A DNA stretch of 63,525 nt, counting the filler, from Ministeria vibrans ATCC 50519 (Eukaryota > Protista > Filasterea): NCBI GenBank assembly GCA_943704425.1. It is 7 parts of 7 records of this genome, joined end to end, with 100 filler letters (N's around TTAATTAATTAA, not from the genome) between each part and the next. Parts side by side here need not be neighbours in the genome. Positions count along the whole stretch, not along the records: positions 52,746 to 58,693 come from CALSCP010001787.1; positions 58,794 to 62,287 come from CALSCP010002028.1; positions 62,388 to 63,525 come from CALSCP010000545.1; 4 more parts are not named here. One strand, 5' to 3'. The notes under the pieces were generated by a model. That model saw only the letters and a program-made list of their open reading frames with translations. It had not been told where the DNA came from and did not search any database. The position numbers were made by a program, and so were the translations under genes. The stretch's first letter is position 1; the number at the start of each line of letters is the position of its first letter. Below, piece by piece: positions 57,986 to 63,525 of this stretch.

Positions 57986-58693
57986 CTACGGTGGCGCAGG
58001 CGGCTCTGTATGTCGCGCCAAATCGATGACACAACTGGTACTGGATCCCTTGACCGTCCGTACCGCACCGTTCGCTTTGTACACGACAAAAGCAGCACCG
58101 GTGGTATCATCTACCTTCAGCCTGGTGCCTACACTGGCTCTGAAAATCTGTTTCAGATTCAGAAGAACATTGTGATTTCTCCCCAAAATCTTTTTTCCGA
58201 AGCTGTGTAAACAGTTCTCTCTCTTCCATTCCCTTCCACAACGAAGTCGCTGAATGAAACCCCAGTTGTATCACTCTCGTTCACCGTATCTGTGTCTTTG
58301 TGAAGTCTTTGTCAGCATACTTGGACTCGAAAATGTCACTCCTCGACCCACAACGCGACCTTTTGCGCTTCGGTGACAGGCCCCCGTCGTGTGTCACGCG
58401 CCGCTTTCGCTGATTTTGGGGTGCAACGTCTTCCTGTTCCTTCACTGTGTGCGTGAGCCAGTTGAGTGCGCGGCGCAGTGGTTCCATGGCGGCATTCGTG
58501 ACGAGGATGCGCGGCGTGAGCTGGTCGAGGCCGGGGTCGTTGACGTATTTCCATGGTGTTCGTCTTTGTTGAAGAAGCAGCGAACACTCGCAGACGCCTT
58601 TGCCTCAAACCTCGTCTTTGACGCACGTTCTGACCACTGCTCTGACGCTACCACCACCACAACACTTGCACAGCGTCGCTCTCTCGAGCGCCC
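57986..58693 (+). pseudogene. Degenerate DUF1565/parallel beta-helix secreted protein
   Basis: AALYVAPN / frameshift / DDTTGTGSLDRPYRTV..IIYLQPGAYTG is the typical beta-helix N-cap motif. In-frame stops follow. Confidence 0.55.
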
Positions 58694-58793
58694 NNNNNNN
58701 NNNNNNNNNNNNNNNNNNNNNNNNNNNNNNNNNNNNNTTAATTAATTAANNNNNNNNNNNNNNNNNNNNNNNNNNNNNNNNNNNNNNNNNNNN

Positions 58794-58899
<106 letters not shown>

Positions 58900-58996
58900 T
58901 ATAATATCACTACATCTCCGGTGTTGTAGTTATGCAATGAAAGGTTACTTGAAAGTAACTTTAAAATTTTCTTCTTCGTTGTGTGTCTCGTCTCAC

Positions 58997-60734
58997 CTGC
59001 AATCTTGAGCACTTCCTGGACCAAATCCGATTGCTTGGTATCGTACGCTTTGCGGTCTTCAATATACTGTTTGTTGAGCGATGCCAGAGTCGCATTGGTG
59101 AAGCGGATGCCGTCCTTTTTCGTCTCAAGCGTGGTGAAACGCGACGCGTGGCTACGCAGCTGCTTGTCCTCCTTGCGTGTCACGCGGAAAAAGTACCCCA
59201 GCTGACTATTGCTCTCCAGCTTCAGTGTCTTGCGGTCCATGTCCAATACGCGAGCGGCCTTGAACACAAACACACAAAAAAGCGTCAGTCATCATGCTGC
59301 TCTTCTAGAGCGCGCTTCTGGGTACTTTGTCTGCTTCACTCTCAATGGCTCGCTCTGTCGTCGCCAGTCGTCCGCGAATGTCTACACAAAGTGAAAGTTT
59401 CTTTCAATCGCACCATCGATTCATATAGAGTGTACTCTATAGAGAGTGAAATCGGATAACGTATATACCTTGGAGTCCCTCGTCAAAGGACGCCTTGATG
59501 ACATACTCGTGCTTGTCCGCCAGCTCCAAGTCAACCACTGTCTCCACCAGTCGCTGGTACTTCTCAAAGTCACTTGCCAGTTCCTATGAGGAGAACCAGA
59601 TTTTTAAGCCAAACTACGTTTTGTGCGTTGCATCTGTGTGTTCATGTACGCGGAAGGGACGCACAAAGAGCTCCGTGACAAGTACAGCACCCGTGCTAGC
59701 ACCGTTGACGGCACCCTCCATGACAATTGCCATGGCCTCGAGTCGCTTGACAGCGTCGTAGAGACGCACACAATCTTGCAGACCTCCTTTGGCACGCTGG
59801 AACTTCTTGGCAATTCGCTGCAAGTCAGGAATTTTGCGCACATGTTCACTCTGGAGGGTCTCACGCAGCACCAGGTCTCGCGCAAGCACCTCCACAACAT
59901 CAAGACGCTCGTTGATGAGACGCACGTCCATCAACGGCTGCTTCACCCAGCGTTGCAGTAAACGCGATCCCTGTGCCGTCTGACACTTGTTCAGCAGCCC
60001 CACCAGATTCATCGTCTTCTTGCCACCTGTGCCAATAAAAGTTTAGTGTGTAAGACGTGTGCAGCAAATGTGTTTTGAGTGTAAGTGTATGTATGTGGTA
60101 TGACAATGTACCGTCAGTGGGCGACGGAAGAATGTTGAGGGCGCGCACAGCGGCGGCATCGAGCTTCATAAACTGCGACAGGTCATTTCGCTGCAGTGTA
60201 AACTGGTGGAAATTGCTCTCATCGCCAAGCAACTAAATGGGTGAGTGCGAGTGAGCGTGAGTATGAAAGTGGGTGGGCTGGTACCTCAAGAAACTTGATG
60301 AGACATCCCGCAGAGCACATTGCAAGTTGCAAGTCCAATTCAGCTATAATTAGTGAGTCAGCGTGCAGTGCAAAGGTATGAAAAAGAGGGGGTCGGTGAG
60401 AGACACAGTGAGTTGAGTGGTGTGCTTTTTCTGTGATGTGCGTACGGAGTGCAGCAGCCGACGTCTGATTAGGCAGCTTAAGAAGACGGTCGAGATCTTG
60501 CACAATGTCCTTTGATGCAAAGTCGCCTTCATCACACACAAGAGAACGATCGGTCGTTACAAACCATATGTAACGTCTTGTTGTTGTTGTTTGAGGGAAT
60601 ACCTTTCTTTCGATCAGTAACGAGCACTCCACTGCGCTCGACAATGAAGCGCGCACGTTGCGCATCGGTGTTGGCCACTTCGAGAGGTAGAAGGCACTCC
60701 TTGGCACCCACTTGAATGAGAAATGCCTGCGTGT

Positions 60735-60809
<75 letters not shown>

Positions 60810-62166
60810 GAAAGGTGAAATGTTTCTGTGAGTGCAAAAAGCTATAGACTTGCTGTTTACCTCAAGATTCGAAAACTGTTCGTTGTCCACAAATTGGCAC
60901 ACGCCCAGCTGACGCAATGTTGCATCCGCATAGGCGATGCCCACAGTCTGAAACACGAACAGAGAGTGTGTGTGTGAGAAAGGAAACGGGGGCGGGAGGG
61001 GGGGTGCATACCAGTTGACCGTCAACTTGGCCTGTTTTGACCGACATGATCATGGCAGATGCGTTCATTTCCGCCGACTCGTGAAACAACTCATCTTCAA
61101 ACTGTTGCAGGTTGCCCGGTGAGCCCTGCAACAAAGCGAGATAGAGAAACAAAACAAGAAAACAAAGTGAGAAAGAGTGAGAAAACAAAGAGAAACAAAG
61201 TAGTGATAAAGAAGGACATAAGAAAGAAAGTGATAGAAAGAGAGAGAGAAAGAAGAAAGAGACAAAGTGATAAAGAGAGAGAGGAAAAAGAAACAAAGTG
61301 ATAGAGAGAAAGAGGGGGAAAGAAACAAAGTGATAAAGAGAGAGAGAGAGAGAGAGAAAGAAACAAAGTGATAGAGAGAGAGGAGAAAGAAACAAAGTGA
61401 TAAAGAGAGAGAGAGGAGAAAAAAACAAACTGATAAAGAGAGAGAGAGGGAGAAGAAAACAAAAATCATAGAGACGTGCTTACTCGTTGGGAAACGGACC
61501 AGTTTGATCCGCCGGCATTTCGCGCGTATACTTCAACGCGGTAGTGACGCACAAGAAGCAGATCGCGTACGGTGGCCTCGTACATTTGGCGCGACATGCA
61601 CACATAGGGCACGCGAGCGGAGTCTGTGTGGCGTGTGGATCCCGACTCAATGCACTGCACACTCTTTGCGGGCTTTGCCGTACCTTTCTCCATGTATTTT
61701 ACCACGCCCAGGGTGTGGAAGTAGTCTTTGGCGATGAGCATTGCGTCCGGCCCGTGTGCCGTGTGGTACTCCTACAGAGGGCAGACGTGAGCGAGTGGCG
61801 CACCAAAAGATCAAACCATCGTACGCCACGGTCGAACAGGCGCACCGTCGTCTCGGATTTCTACGCAAGACAGACCATGGTAGTAAGTGAAAGTGGCTGA
61901 AGCGGAAGGAGGAGCAATTGGAAGTCGGAGCGACGCTTGTTTCAGACACGATTGAAATGCGCGCCAAAATGGTTTTTTTTTTTTTTTTTTTTTTATGGGT
62001 TGACACAGAAATGATCTGATGGGGGAGTGGTGGTGTACCTCTCCGAGGGACTCAAGGACACTGAGGAACTGGGTGGTCTTCTGGCGGTCTGTGCAATGCA
62101 AAGAGGTTAAGAGAAAAGAAAACAGCACAGTCACTCACCAAGATCCAAAGTGGGTTGGGTCGCCAT
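58997..62166 (-). CDS. MSH2: DNA mismatch repair protein MSH2, N-terminal portion (3' part beyond contig end)
   Basis: TTVRLFDRG|EYHTAHGPDA, GSPGNLQQFEDELF, FVDNEQFSNLE, FMKLDAAAVRALN, LLNKCQTAQGSRLLQRWVKQPL, GYFFRVTRKE. Confidence 0.95.
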
Positions 62167-62387
62167 GGTGGGTTGTCGGTGCCAACAAACAGGCGTGCGT
62201 CGATTAGAGACAAAGGAGGAAGACAAACGAAGTACGTTGAAAATTGTAATTGGAAAAGTTTGAACTTGGAAGTTCCATATTTGAGTCNNNNNNNNNNNNN
62301 NNNNNNNNNNNNNNNNNNNNNNNNNNNNNNNTTAATTAATTAANNNNNNNNNNNNNNNNNNNNNNNNNNNNNNNNNNNNNNNNNNNN

Positions 62388-63417
62388 GGGTGGGCATAAA
62401 GGTCATTTGAAGGAAGATGACGAGGGTCGTAAAGAGCTGTAAAAGGTAGAAGTACCAGGAAGGCAAAGGGGTATCCCAGGCACGGTGGGCGATGAGAGAG
62501 CGCACGCGCGCAAACTCACGCTTGGTCATGCGGTGGTCGAAGATGTGTGCATGGTTGTACCTGAAAGGGGAGAAGAGGCAAAGAAAGATTGAATGGGAGA
62601 TAAAACATAGGCAGAATCATTTGTGAGAAATGCCCACAGTATAAACAACAACAGTACGTATTTTTGTACCAAGTCATAACACCAGTTTCATAGTGCGGTT
62701 TTGAGACACACTCAGTATGTTCCAAGAGGAGTCGTCCGTCTGCAGTCCATTGGTGAGTGTATCCTGCTTTGTCGCAAAGAGACGCTACTTTGGATTTGTC
62801 TGTGGTGTTGAATACTTCATCCCATCTAAAGTGCGCGAAGAAGGTGAGTAATAGTGAGAGAGTACATAAGTAAGTAACACTAAAGTGCGCGAAGAAGGTG
62901 AGTAACAGTGAGAGTGTATATAAGTAAGTGACATGTAATGCATGTGTGAGTGAGTGCACAATAGTATAAATACGTGTATGCATGTGTGTGTGTGTGTGTG
63001 TGACAATATTGTGTATACCGTTTGACAGCAAAGGGGTTGATGCGGTCACGCCATCCGCCGCATCCGTAGCTCCGCAGATAACGCAGTCCTTTCTTCTCCC
63101 ATTTCGTACGGATGTCCTCGTCAATTTCGTCGTAGACCTTTTGGAAGTCAGCCAATGGTGTTTGCCCTTTGAGAAGATTCAACAATCAATATACAAATTG
63201 TGACGAGGGAAGAAGTGGATTACCTCCAATAGTGGGTTCGCTGATGCAACAGAAAGCGATGATCTTGGGTGCATCTTCGCCATTGAAGGAGATTTCCAGG
63301 TGCTGGGGGATGGCTATGTACGAGGGGAACTCGGATGCGGAGAAGACGTACTTGCAGTCGGGCTGGAGACGGCGTGGGGAGGTGCCGAGGTACTCAGTGT
63401 TGAGTTCGGGCTGGAAC
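62388..63417 (-). CDS. TauD/TfdA-family Fe(II)/2-oxoglutarate dioxygenase (SyrP/clavaminate-synthase-like), internal exons
   Basis: IPQHLEISF (HxE iron motif), PKIIAFCC, GQTPLADFQKVY, W..VFNTTDK, H.ETG..TWYNHA. Confidence 0.85.

Positions 63418-63525
<108 letters not shown>

Overview
Eukaryotic, intron-rich, gene-dense DNA. It is most likely from a unicellular holozoan (choanoflagellate- or filasterean-like), inferred from a tyrosine kinase, FRMD8-like and SMARCE1-like genes, HOOK, CEP20, EGF-repeat receptors, TTAGGG repeats and short GT-AG introns. The window is not one locus: seven contigs are joined by artificial 100-nt linkers (44N-TTAATTAATTAA-44N) at 9818, 28174, 40254, 52646, 58694 and 62288, so adjacency across linkers means nothing. 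Housekeeping genes recognised by manual exon joining: GOSR2, RMC1, TDH, UBE2T, DCTPP1, HOOK, MAM33/C1QBP, MRPL19, MED10, ATG9, ZFC3H1, SSR4, CEP20, KTI12, MSH2. Main leads: (1) an EGF protein fused to bacterial-type DUF285 repeats, where the visible repeats sit in separate phase-0 exons; (2) a subtelomere-like contig in which a pogo DDE remnant, a TTAGGG tract and a 5'-truncated non-LTR RT are joined, next to a membrane-anchored Gly-rich protein with Tc-toxin-A-like architecture; (3) a Notch/Crumbs-like receptor whose spliced tail carries four PPxY motifs and a PDZ-binding end; (4) an intronic minisatellite with strand bias; (5) a GH28-fold protein lacking all catalytic motifs. All family calls come from motif recognition by eye, with no database search.
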